NCBI GenBank assembly: GCA_964016885.1
Contig: OZ024743.1
Span: 310,001 to 374,000, forward strand
Reading direction: 5' to 3'
Length of the DNA: 64,000 bases
Source of the DNA: Eledone cirrhosa
Taxonomy: Eukaryota
The notes beneath the pieces were generated by a model. The model saw nothing but the letters and a program-made list of their open reading frames with translations. It ran no database searches and was not told the origin of the DNA. The position numbers were made by a program, and so were the translations under genes. This document shows positions 42,976 to 55,530 of the stretch, one piece after another (the first letter of the stretch is position 1; each line of letters starts with the position of its first letter).

Positions 42976-44614
42976 GAGATGACCCCTTAGCCTTTGTCAA
43001 GGCAGAATTCTAGGAGAAGGAAAACTCTGATATAACACCTGCAACCCTGATGGTATCCAATGATGTTGACTTGTTCTTCTTTTTGGTAAATATCATCTTG
43101 GTTAAGAGAGTGGGACTGGCTTTGTGCAGTGCCTTTGCTCACTATAAAAGCTTCACGGCACAGGCATTGCTTTATATCTGGAGATCTCTCTGCACTTGTC
43201 GTCACATGGTGCCACGGGCCCAGCACTATGTGTCAATAATTGTCACAAGTGTAGTGTTTGTGCCAGAGTTTTCAAGTCGTTGGCTGGACTAAAATGACAC
43301 ACTCATTCAGCACATCGGTAGGGGTTCTCCTACATGGATATAAAGTAGTGGCCGTACTCGAAAACGAGTTGGCAGCCACCATGTATGTATGTATGTATGT
43401 ATGTATGTATGTATGTATGTATGTATGTATGTATGTATGTATGTATGTATGTATTATGTATGTCAGGTCACCAGTTGGTCACCAGTTGGTGCTACTGGTA
43501 ACATGTATCCCAATACAACCTGTCTCATGGTCGGGTCGTTGGCGACTAAACTGGCAACCCCACCAAGGTTTCTTGGTGAGGAGGGTGACTTTGGACATCC
43601 TGCAGGACTAAAAACAAGACCTGTCAAAGGGCAAAGGAGCTCTTAAGAGTCAATGGCCATCCAAAATCACAGGGAGAGATGACTCCTTAGCCATTGTCAA
43701 GGCAGAATTCTAGGAGAAGGAAAACTCTGATATAACACCTGCAACTCTGATGGTATCCAATGATGTTGACTTGTTCTTCTTTTTGGTAAATATCATCTTG
43801 GTTAAGAGAGTGGGACTGGCTTTGTGCAGTGCCTTTGCTCACTATAAAAGCTTCACGGCACAGGCATTGCTTTATATCTGGAGATATCTCTGCACTTGTC
43901 ATCACATGTACCATGGGCCCAGCACTATATGTCAATAATGGTCACAAGTGTGGTGTTTGTGCCAGAGTTTTCAAGTCGCTGGCTGGACTAAAAAGTCACA
44001 CTCGTTCAGCGCATCGGTAGGGGTTCTCCTACATGGATATAAAATAGTGGCCGTACTCGAAAACGAGTTGGTAGCCACCATGTATGTATGTATGTCAGGT
44101 CACCACTTGGTGCTACTGGTAACATGTATCCCAGTACAACCTGTCTCATGGTCGGTTCGTTGGCGACTAAACTGGCAACCCCACCAAGGTTTCTTGGTGA
44201 GGAGGGTGACTTTGGACATCCTGCAGGACTAAAAACAAAACCTGTGAAAGGGCAAAGGCGCTCTTAAGAATCAATGGCCATCCAAAATCACCGGGAGAGA
44301 TGACCCCTTAGCCATTGTCAAGGCAGAATTCTAGGAGAAGGAAAACTCTGATATAACACCTACAACCCTGATGGTATCCCATGATGTTGACTTGTTCTTC
44401 TTTTTGGTAAATATCATCTTGGTTAAGAGAGTGGGACTGGCTTTGTGCAGTGCCTTTGCTCACTATAAAAGCTTCACAGCACAGGCATTGCTTTATATCT
44501 GGAGATCTCTCTGCACTTGTCATCACATGGTACCATGGGCCCAGCGCATCAGTAGGGGTTCTCCTACATGGATATAAAGTAGTGGCCGTACTCGAAAACG
44601 AGTTGGCAGCCACC
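42975..44614 (+). mobile_element. Tandem trimer of a non-autonomous RTE derivative (42975-43380, 43462-44079, 44094-44614)
   Basis: Units separated by (ATGT)n; RTE 5'-UTR-like GGAGAAGGAAAACTCTGAT, terminal C2H2 finger CGVCARVFKSLAGLKSHTRSAH*, 3' stem-loop ACTCG-AAAA-CGAGT. Confidence 0.85.
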
Positions 44615-44782
44615 ATGTATGTATGTATGTATGTATGTATGTATGTATGTATGTATGTATGTATGTATGTATGTATGTATGTATGTATGTATGTATCTAC
44701 GTACATATGTATGTATGCAAGTATCTACGTGTGTATGCATGTATGTATTTACGTACATATGTATGAATGTATGCATGTATGT

Positions 44783-45370
44783 AACCGACCTGTGGAACTA
44801 TACAGAACAACTGCTTTGTCGCGTATGGGACAGATCCAGTTGACTGCCAAGTACATAGTAAGGATCAAACCGCCAGCCTCTTTCAAAAACGAAAGAGAGG
44901 CGGTTTTCCTCTGTACAGTGGCTATGGTGAAAGAGGTTATATGGTGGACGAGATTGAGAGGACTGAGGACAGATGCCTTTCTCTCCGGACAACAATTGAT
45001 TCCCTTCTTTAAGTATCACTTTAGAAGGACAATCAGAGGAGTGGAGAGAGAGGCACTGGACCCCAGTAAATTTACTGAAAGGTGGGTGAATGAAGCGAAA
45101 ATGGCCCGAGTGATTGGGCCCTCTCTGTTCATAAGCCTGTAGGTTAAAGAAGAGAGCAAAAGGAAGAATGGAGATTTGCACAAAACGCTCCTGAAGTTGA
45201 GGGCTGTTCTATCGACGGGGTATTAAACAACTCATTTCTGGCGCCTCCCTACTATTGGGATTTCGATTGTTATAATTGTTGTTTCAATATTTTTACACGA
45301 CTGTATGTAAAATCCCCGGCATATGTCTTTGTATTGTCCCCTTTTTTTGTCCGCCCTTGTGGCAAATAAA
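44783..45370 (+). pseudogene. L1/Tx1-like LINE ORF2 C-terminus and 3' UTR
   Basis: TDLWNYTEQLL / FLCTVAMVKEVIWWTRLRG...FFKYHFRRTIRGVERE...KFTERW; stop at 45142 and AATAAA at 45365. Confidence 0.7.
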
Positions 45371-45782
45371 GAAATATATCTATGTATATATCTATCTATA
45401 TATCTATCCCTTATTTTCAAATAACATTTACATGGTCAATCATTCAGATCCATTTCTTCATGTTTATTTAATCAGTACACCTTTAGGTATCAACTCGTCA
45501 GTGCATGTTTATACACTAAATAAATGTTCTACTTTTCATAATCGCTTGAACGGAATCCTGTAATGATTTGTGAAGGTTAAACGTCCAATAAATTACATTG
45601 AGATTATATATAGATATAACTTATATATTGAGTGCTATCTTTTCTCCATTTCCTGTCCTCTTATGCCTTTGAATATATATATATATACCAGTTTTAAACT
45701 AGTAAGTCCATTATTCAGTGGACACACTCTCTCTCATATTCATATATATATATATTTATATATATATATATATATGTGTGTG

Positions 45783-45854
<72 letters not shown>

Positions 45855-45908
45855 TTTATGTGTGTTTGGGAGTGTGTATGTATATATATATCTATATATA
45901 TATGTGTG

Positions 45909-45990
<82 letters not shown>

Positions 45991-45994
<4 letters not shown>

Positions 45995-46167
45995 AACCAG
46001 TAAGACCCCGACAGCTGAGCTCAAGCCGTTTCGACGGCTAATTCCGTCGAAACGGCTTGAGCTCAGCTGTCGGGGTCTTACTGGTTCCTATTACCCACTC
46101 TACTACCTCAAGTATTGAGTACTTTGGTGCGTTATGGTCCACCTGGTTCCTTACCACATTTCCTTCG

Positions 46168-46169
<2 letters not shown>
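45991..46169 (+). mobile_element. Family A palindromic element, copy 5
   Basis: Perfect 47-bp arms with a collapsed centre, plus tail; TA-flanked. Confidence 0.85.
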
Positions 46170-46231
<62 letters not shown>

Positions 46232-46664
46232 ATATATATATATATTTATGTGTGTTTGTGAGTGTGTATGTATATATATATATATATAGTTCGGAGCCTT
46301 ATTTGAGATAGTTCTATATATATATATATATATAGAACTGTGTGGGTATACATACATATATAATCACACACACTCTTGTATATATATATATACAAGTGTG
46401 TGTGTTTATATATGTATGTATACCCGCACAGACACGATGCTGGCATATTTACACAAATCTAAATCGACAAACGTGTACAGACAGACATAAATTGGAACAC
46501 AGACTCACATTCAAACACGTACCATCTCCCCCACCACCGATTGACCCGAACTCACTGCCACCAAATACTGCATAATTACATACATCCCTGCATGATTTTC
46601 CATTTCAACTCTCTCTATAGACCTCTCCGTTTTTTTTCTCCTCTGTTTTCCTAGTCAGGTCACT

Positions 46665-46723
<59 letters not shown>

Positions 46724-46800
46724 ATATGTGTATATATTTATGTATATATAGGTATATATATATATGTATATAGATGTATATATATGTATATATATGTATA

Positions 46801-46858
<58 letters not shown>

Positions 46859-46867
46859 TATGTGTGT

Positions 46868-46945
<78 letters not shown>

Positions 46946-47276
46946 TCATATATGTATGTGTGTGAGTGTGTGTGTGTGTGAGGTTCGTTAAAATTCCGTT
47001 TGGCTATAGCTCATTTTACGAATAGAAAAGTAACAGAACTTTTCCTGTGATGTTCGGCAAATGTGCACTGAAAGTCTTTTATCTCTTACAGTTGTGCAAG
47101 TACAAACAGCATAACAATGATGTTCACATTTATTTAAGTTTTCACAATATACATATGGATACATGCCTATGTTAAATTCATCTTAGATCTTCTAATACTC
47201 GCTGTGCACAAATACATATTATTTTTCCCCACTTTCTCTCTGTCGCTCACACATATATATATATATGGGAGTGTGC

Positions 47277-47313
<37 letters not shown>

Positions 47314-47392
47314 TATATGCCGTTGTGTCTATGTGTATATGTGTTTGGCTTGTACATTTGTATGTAAGTAACTATATATTTAAATATATATA

Positions 47393-47467
<75 letters not shown>

Positions 47468-47578
47468 GCATATATATATATATATATATAAGATAAGTCA
47501 TTCCGGGTTGAATCGGAGGTAACCACAGTAAGTAAGCTACTCAATACATAGCAGAGTATAAAAGTTTTAATATAGAAG

Positions 47579-47629
47579 AGCTTCTACAGGACTTGAACTG
47601 TTTCATTCGTGAGAAATCATCAGGGAGCT
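47579..47629 (-). ncRNA. Type I hammerhead ribozyme (left arm)
   Basis: Minus strand: AGCTCC-CTGATGA-tTTC tcac GAAt-GAA-ACAG ttcaagtc CTGT-A-GAAGCT; 4-bp stem III, GUA site. Confidence 0.75.
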
Positions 47630-47801
47630 GGCTGTCCAAGTAAGTAGTGGTATTTATATCTTTTCTTTTCTGGTGGTAGGAGAGGGTGGCGATTGGGATG
47701 GGTGGAGGTTATTGGTTGAAGACCTCCACCCTTCCAAATCCCCACCCTTCCCTACCACCAGAAAAGAAAGGATATAAATACCACTACTTACTTGGACAGC
47801 C

Positions 47802-47852
47802 AGCTCCCTGATGATTTCTCACGAATGAAACAGTTCTAGTCCTATAGAAGCT
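47802..47852 (+). ncRNA. Type I hammerhead ribozyme (right arm, stem III mismatch)
   Basis: AGCTCC-CTGATGA-TTTCTCACGAAT-GAAACAG ttctagtc CTATA-GAAGCT. Confidence 0.65.
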
Positions 47853-47864
47853 ATTCTATATTAA

Positions 47865-47904
<40 letters not shown>

Positions 47905-47981
47905 GGATACTATTTATGGTTATGTATATACTAACACTTTTTATGGTTATGTATATTTTATAGTGTACAAACATTGAAAAA

Positions 47982-48028
47982 TGCTCCGAAGACTGCAAGC
48001 CTAGGTTTGGATGAAACAATTGTAAGTG
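47982..48028 (+). ncRNA. Minimal hammerhead with variant CCGAAGA core
   Basis: TGCT-CCGAAGA-CTGCAAGCCTAGGTTTGGAT-GAAA-CAATTGTA-AGTG; same family as 5543-5589. Confidence 0.65.
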
Positions 48029-48089
48029 AATAAATGCTTTGAACATAGCTTTGATTCTTGTGAATTCTATATATATATATATATATATA

Positions 48090-48168
48090 GTAATTAGAGG
48101 GAGACTATTCCAGAAATAGCCGTCCAAAACGGCTTGAGCTCTGCCGTCGGGGTCATACTTTTTCCTAT
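48090..48168 (+). mobile_element. Family A single arm, copy 6
   Basis: CCAGAAATAGCCGTCCAAAACGGCTTGAGCTCTGCCGTCGGGGTCATACT. Confidence 0.75.
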
Positions 48169-48208
48169 ATATATATATATATATATATATATGCATATAT
48201 ATAAATAT

Positions 48209-48264
<56 letters not shown>

Positions 48265-48566
48265 TATAGTTACTTACATAGAAATGTACAGGCACAAACA
48301 CATATACACATAGACACAACGGCATACAAACACAGTGAGATATTTTCTACTGGAAAGAAAACATAGGACCATATGTCGAGATCAAAATTCTGTTCTAAGC
48401 ATGTTGTCATGCATTGTAGCATTCACCCGTGCCGCTAATATTTTGCTTTGCGGTATATTTCAGTTAAATAAACCGTTTCATTTATACACGCGTGCGCCAC
48501 CCCCCACATACACACTCTGATACAAGTATTCATGTCAGCATAGCTATACCTATGTTTATACATATA

Positions 48567-48674
<108 letters not shown>

Positions 48675-50088
48675 CAATAGAAGTGCATATATCATTCATT
48701 TATTAACCAAGTGCGTTAAAGCTCAAAGTGGTAGTTATATGTAAAAAAAAACTCAGACCATAATAATTCAATTCAGGGATGAAAGAATGGCTTGAAAATG
48801 TTCAAATTATTTATTCATTTTTGGTAAATTTACTTTCAAGACCAAATGTCTTGAAAGTAAATTTACAAAAGATTGAATTCGTTATTAGTGGGAAAGAAAA
48901 CCGAAGAGTAGTGCTGTCAGGGAAATGATCTTGAGCGATAAGCAGAAAATTAGTGGACCAAAATTCTATATGTTGAACACTGTTTAAAGTATGGATTCTC
49001 GAAAGACGGGGTGGAATTATAAGCAGGTCAATTGCGGAGGTAGATTTTGAATGAAGTAGACACACAGGAGCTATACGCACTAAGAGCACATTTAACACAG
49101 GTTTTTCTGGTGGCCCAAGTTGTTAACAGCTTGTATTATCTAGGTCACATAATTAGCAGTGGCGGTGCATGTTCCAAGGACAATGACAATGCTGGCCCTT
49201 TGAACTCCTTTTTACTAGCTGAGTCAACTGAAGCAACGTAAAGTAAAGTGTCTTGCTCAAGGATACTAGGAACACAAAATATCATTATCTGACATAACAA
49301 TTTATTACTTTAATTCAATGTTCATGACTCTTCACTCTTTTACTGTTTTCAGATATTAGATTGAGGCCACGCTCAAAGGGATTTAGTCCATTATACCGTT
49401 TTCTTGTGGTTGTTTTAAGTACATACACACTTTCTGGGAGGGCCCAATTAGATCCAAAAACCAATTAAAGGTGTTTATCGTTTTCTAAATTTTATATATA
49501 TATATATAATTGTATTGTATTGTTTGCTTCATTGTTTTACTTTTCACATACATACACACATACATACACACATACATACACACATACATACACACATACA
49601 CACATACATATACACTCATAGACCCGCATATATAAAGCACGTACACATATATTTGTGACATTGCTGTGGCCTTTGTATTTTCTAAGAAGTAGGGAAAATA
49701 CTTACATACTTATTTATATAGGAGGAGGTGCTGGTGTTGCTGAGGAAGACAGATTTTGTAATTCATGTAAAGAGTCAGGCTGTTCATTTATGTTAGCTTT
49801 TCGCCCTCTCCCTTTTATTTTCTTGTATTTCATTCGACAAGAAAGTTATAATTCATCTATTTCATCCTTATTTTTTGAAACGGAACAAAAAAAAGGAGCT
49901 GTTTTTCTTTCTTTTTTGATTATCTCCGCCTGCTTTTGTGTACACACACACACACATACACACACAGACACACACATATATATATATAAGCAGTTACATG
50001 ATCACAGCTTATTAAAAAATCATATGTATATATTTATATACATAAACATATAAACATCGTACATGCTCCAATATATAACTCTCCCCCA

Positions 50089-50133
<45 letters not shown>

Positions 50134-50139
50134 GTGTGT

Positions 50140-50173
<34 letters not shown>

Positions 50174-50942
50174 CTGTGTGTGTGTGTGTGTCTGTGTGTG
50201 TGTGTGTGTGTGTATGAATCACGAGTGCTGGTGCACATCCACTACGTCTCAAAAGCCATGTATTAAAGCCGTTTTAGGGATCACAATAGCGGAAAGCAGA
50301 GTATCCGATAATTGATTTGGCGGTGCTCTAGTTGGTAGGAGGACCCGGACTACGACACACATATCAAGTATTGCATGGATGCATCGATCGTATTGTTTTC
50401 CTCGATACACTGGCTTGTAACCATATTTTCTTTATCGCTCGTCACCATTGTCAGCGACTCCAGTTATATAACAAACAATACTGTTTATTGAAATATGCGG
50501 CATTTATTTTTTTATCAAATTTTTAACACAAATGTTTAATGAATAGGCACAGTAAAAAGCACACAAACGAAATATAAAGGACGCTCTAAAAATAATATTA
50601 AGCAAAGCTTTGTTTCTTGGTCTCGTATTATATTTTTTATGGGGTTTGTTTATTATCACATCCATTCATTCGTTTATTCATTCCAAGTTCGTCTATTTTC
50701 TAGGCAGTGTAGATTTAACACTAAGCCTCATATCGTAATAAAACTCAGAAGTATTCAGATATTGGCGTAACCGTATCCGATGGAGGTCTGATGATGACCC
50801 AGTATCTGTGTATTGCTTTCTTTATTCTTGAGCTCCGCTCGTTTATTCTCTCCATGCTTCACTGCCATTGTTCTATTTTGAATTACACTCACACACAAAC
50901 GCACACACACACACACAGACACACACACAGACACACACACAG

Positions 50943-50979
<37 letters not shown>

Positions 50980-51575
50980 AATTGTTTCTACTATAGGCAC
51001 AAGGACAGCAATTTGAAGGGGAGAGGAAAGTCGATTAAATCGTCCCCAGTCCATTACTGGTGCTTTATTTATCGACCCCCATGGCGGGATTTGAACTCAG
51101 ATCGTAAAGGGACATAACTATATACTGCAAAGCATAGTGTCCGACTCCCTACCGATACTGCCAATCCATCGCCCTATATATAGTAATGGTAATAATAATT
51201 GTTTCTACTTTTGGCACAAGGCCAGCAATTATCCCAGCACATTACTGGTACTTTATTTTATCGACCCCGTAAGGATGAAGACAAAGTTTAACCTCGGCGG
51301 GATTTGAACTCAGACCGTAAAGGGGCATAACTCTATGTTGCAAAGCATGGCGTCCGACCCTCCATCGATAATAGTATTACTGTTAGAACGTCAGACACTA
51401 TACTTTGTGGCATAGAGTTACGACATTCTGAGTTCAAATCCCGAAGTTAGCTTTGACTTTCATCCTTATAGGGTCGATAAAATAAAGCACCAGTAATGCA
51501 CTGCGTCGATTAAATCGCCCCCCCCCCCCCAAAAAAAAAAATTGCTGGCCTTGAGCCTATAGTAGAAATCATTAT
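50980..51575. mobile_element. SINE cluster: two minus copies (50980-51174, 51197-51369) and one plus copy (51382-51575)
   Basis: Family consensus motifs in both orientations. Confidence 0.85.
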
Positions 51576-51793
51576 TATTATTACGCAGTACTTAATCTAA
51601 TTTCTGCATATCTATATATGTGTCAATGTTTCTTCACGAATTTTAGTTTATGTAATCCCGGAGGTAATTATTACACACGATAATAAAACGCAGCCCATCC
51701 CTCCACACACATGCACAACCTCTCACACACAGGCTCGTAGACACAATCACACACAAATACACTCACATACACATACACACACACAACCTCACA

Positions 51794-52605
51794 TACGAAG
51801 TCTTTCGACAATGTATCAGACTGCATTTTACTCTGTGAGAAGTAATGACGTTAGTGCGACAAAGTAATGACATTAGTGCGACAAAAGTGCGTAGAGTGGA
51901 GCCACAACCATATATGTGCATGTGTGGGTTTTGGCGAGCTAGTTGGACGCGTCGTTCGCGGGAAGGTAGGTAGTGTGTGAGGTGATATACTAGTTATACG
52001 TCGCATCTTTCATTTTGCTTGATAATGTCAACATGGGTCGTGACGTCCTGGATGTCATGGTAACTGAATATGATGCATGCATATGTGTACGGCTAGAACA
52101 CGGGAGCCAAATTGCAGTCATCGCAGCGTCAATGCCGCCAAAAGCACATCAGTTACAGAGTAAAATAAAGGTGATACTGACAGTTTTCTTCGACTAGCGA
52201 GGTGTTGGGGAAAACGAATGCGCAGCAGAAGGACAAACAGTTACAAACTATTATTATCAGGATGTACTCCGATGTCATCGTAATGCAGTTTGGCGCAAGA
52301 GACTGGATCTGTGGGCCTTGCAAAACTGGGAGCTGCATCACGACAGCATCCCTGCACTTTCGTCTCTGCTGGTTCAATGTTACTTGTGAAGAGAAAAGGC
52401 ATTTTGTTCATTCGCCAGGATTCCCACTCACCAGACGTGCATTTTAACCTCTGCTTGCTCCTCAAAATATAGACGCACCTAAAAGGCCGACACATTGCCA
52501 GTGGAGAGGACATCCTGTGGACTGCAATGGTGCAGCTAAGAATCATTCCGGAAGAAACATCCCAGCTGTGTAGAGACACAAGGTGTCTACTTTAGAAAGT
52601 GATAA
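51794..52605 (+). pseudogene. Mariner transposase pseudogene with left TIR-like start
   Basis: KAHQLQSKIKVILTVFFD*RGV..GQTV..YYQDVL..AVWRKR.DLW..NWELHHDSIPA...HSPDV...HLKGRH; TACGAAGTCT at 51794 resembles a mariner terminus; multiple lesions. Confidence 0.85.
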
Positions 52606-53574
52606 AAAATTGAACCCCACCAAGTTCGTAATGTTTTTTCAATTTAACCCATCACGGATCCAATAAATAAAATCCCAAGACAGGAGGTTAAACAACTGCA
52701 ATCGTTAAAGGATCGTACGAAATGCCTCACAATATTTGTTCCAGAACTTTGCGTTCTGAGTTCAAATACTTAGATGGCTGACTTAATCGATAGCCTGGTT
52801 CTTTAGGGGAGTTCACTTTGTTGGGTGACTTCGAATTAAGCACCGAGTTTGAAAATACATCCTTCTCTCTAACCTACATGTATTGGAAGTATTCAAAATG
52901 ATTGTGGGTACTGTTATTCCCTCTAATTACGCAATAAATATAGTTAAGAGTACATGTTTTAAATGTAAACAATATTAAACCTAATAATTGTGTAAAGTTT
53001 AATTTCAGAGCGAAAAGAGTATCAACAAACAGGAATGGAAACCCGCATCTCTTGTTTACGAGCAAACACAGGCAATTATGCAATACTACCTCTGCTTAAT
53101 TTGATGCAGTTATTTGTTTTCAGAATTATCGTTTTTCATTCTTTGTTTGAGGAGGAAGGGTAACTCTTGTGACCTTTGAATAGCTTCACAAATTAGCCTA
53201 GGAAAAGCAAGTGGATACCTTAACAGGTGGCTTGCTGTAGCAGGATGCATTACATGATAGTATGTTATTCTTTGATCGACGAACTGGTTCAAATTTCTCG
53301 GTATAGCTTAGAATCCACCGAAGAAAAATTCAAGTGACGGAGGGAAATATTAAACCGGCCAACAGCTTAAATGTATTTCCCACCTTAGAATGTAAATGAG
53401 TAAACTTATCTGGAACGATATTTTAAAAATTATCTCCCCTTTTCCTTGAGTGTTGCAAGGATTTGATTTGATGGTTTCACGGGACAAAAGGAAAACTTAA
53501 ATCATTGAGAATATATATATCTAAATTTTGCCTTAACTAATCAAAAAATAATATTTAAATGGAATTTTTATATA

Positions 53575-53630
<56 letters not shown>

Positions 53631-53653
53631 GAGTATTTGAGAGGGACGAGTGG

Positions 53654-53686
<33 letters not shown>

Positions 53687-53785
53687 TCCCCCAAATATTT
53701 AGGCCAGATCTCCAGCGACTTTACTACTTCCACTTTGATGCCTGCGTGATGCTATAGTAGCTCATTTTCACTGATGGAATAAACT

Positions 53786-53817
<32 letters not shown>

Positions 53818-53862
53818 GCGATACTAAGAACGGGGAGGCCACAAATCAGGGTAGTGCTGTAT

Positions 53863-53992
<130 letters not shown>

Positions 53993-54199
53993 ACCACACA
54001 CACACACACACAAATACATATATTCACACACACAACGCACATGTGTTCTGCTATGTCTTCTTTTGTTTATTTCTGTCTTCTCTTTTACATCTGCTCAAAA
54101 GATTACGTTTTCACTAATAGGTACTGGTCTTTGTAAGATTCTTTAGATACGAAATAGCATGAAAATATGTGAATAAATAAATAAATATAATTGAATATA

Positions 54200-54320
<121 letters not shown>

Positions 54321-54421
54321 AAAGAAGCTTAAAGAAACTCAACTTTGCCAGTAAAAAGGTTAATGTTTCTGGTTTGCACAGAAACCTACAGTGAGAGACA
54401 TGTATATATATATATATATAA

Positions 54422-54453
<32 letters not shown>

Positions 54454-55338
54454 ATGTGATTAGGCATATACACACATATGCATGTGTATGGAATGATATG
54501 CTACAAGAATAGTTTTCTTGTTAAATAAGGAGATAAAGCGACCATAAATAATCCAAGAAAATTAAATAAACACGTTACGTTTTCAGAATACACACATACA
54601 TAAAAACATGCACCTACACAGTCACCCACACTCATACACATATGCGCAAGCACGCATTCACTTATATCAAACGAATACTCCGTCGGTTTCGACGTTGAAT
54701 ACTCCACTGGTTTCATCAGCCATACTTCATACTTATCGCATTATAGTATAATGGTGTTAAAGCTATTAAGTTCTGATGTCAAATCCAGCCGATATCAACA
54801 TTGACTGCCATCCTTTAGTGGTCGAGAAAATGGAGTCCCAAGCACTAGGTTCGATTGAATCAACTCTCTCCTCCTCAAATTTGCTGGCCCTGTGCCTAAA
54901 TTAGAAAACATTATAGTGTAAGTGAAGGTGGCTGATTCGCAGAATTGTTAAAGCTTTGTAGTATTTGTTACGCTGACATCACCTTTGCTTTTCATCTTTG
55001 CGGGGTCGATTACATAACGTAACAGCCAGGTGGATTGATAGAGTTGACTACTCACCTGCTCTTTTGCCTATTTTTTAAACAATTATATACGTTGAGTATT
55101 TGAGAAACTCTTGCAACCTTAATTTTCGGACAGAATTAACAAAGTCGACTGAAAATATTTTAGTTTCCTTCTTTCTATGATATGAAGGAGGTTTGGCTAA
55201 TGTTTCTTACAGATGAGTGATCCTGTTGGAGCTTCCTCTATAGCTTGTGTCCTTGGTGATTTTTAATCTAGGTCATGCAAATCTATAGTCAAATACATTC
55301 ATGTTATAACTGTCTTGTGTTATTATTATTATTATTCT

Positions 55339-55530
55339 GCGGTGGATTGGCAGTATCGGTAGAAGGTCGGACTCAATGCTTTGATGCATAGAGTTACGGT
55401 CCTTGCCATTCTGAGTTCAAATCCCGCCGAGGTTAACTTTGCCTTTCATCCTTACGGGGTCGATAAAATAAAGTACCAGTACTGCACTGGGTTATTGCTG
55501 ACCTTGTGCCAAAAGTAGAAACAATTATTA
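55339..55530 (+). mobile_element. Meta-domain-like tRNA SINE, full length
   Basis: Head, B box, body and (ATT)n tail. Confidence 0.85.

Larger units (their letters stand above)
47491..47868 (-). mobile_element. PLE-like 3' end with inverted duplication: 306-bp palindrome (47563-47868) plus one-sided tail
   Basis: 147-bp arms, 12-nt spacer at 47710-47721, an HHR in each arm, tail 47491-47562, (TA)n on both sides. Confidence 0.85.

Noticed and set aside
43829-44020. Host C2H2 zinc-finger gene
   Set aside because: It is a single finger inside a repeated element and corresponds to the RTE ORF terminus
54675-54726. Minus-strand CTGATGA...GAAAC hammerhead
   Set aside because: Stems I and II do not pair and there is no NUH site in register
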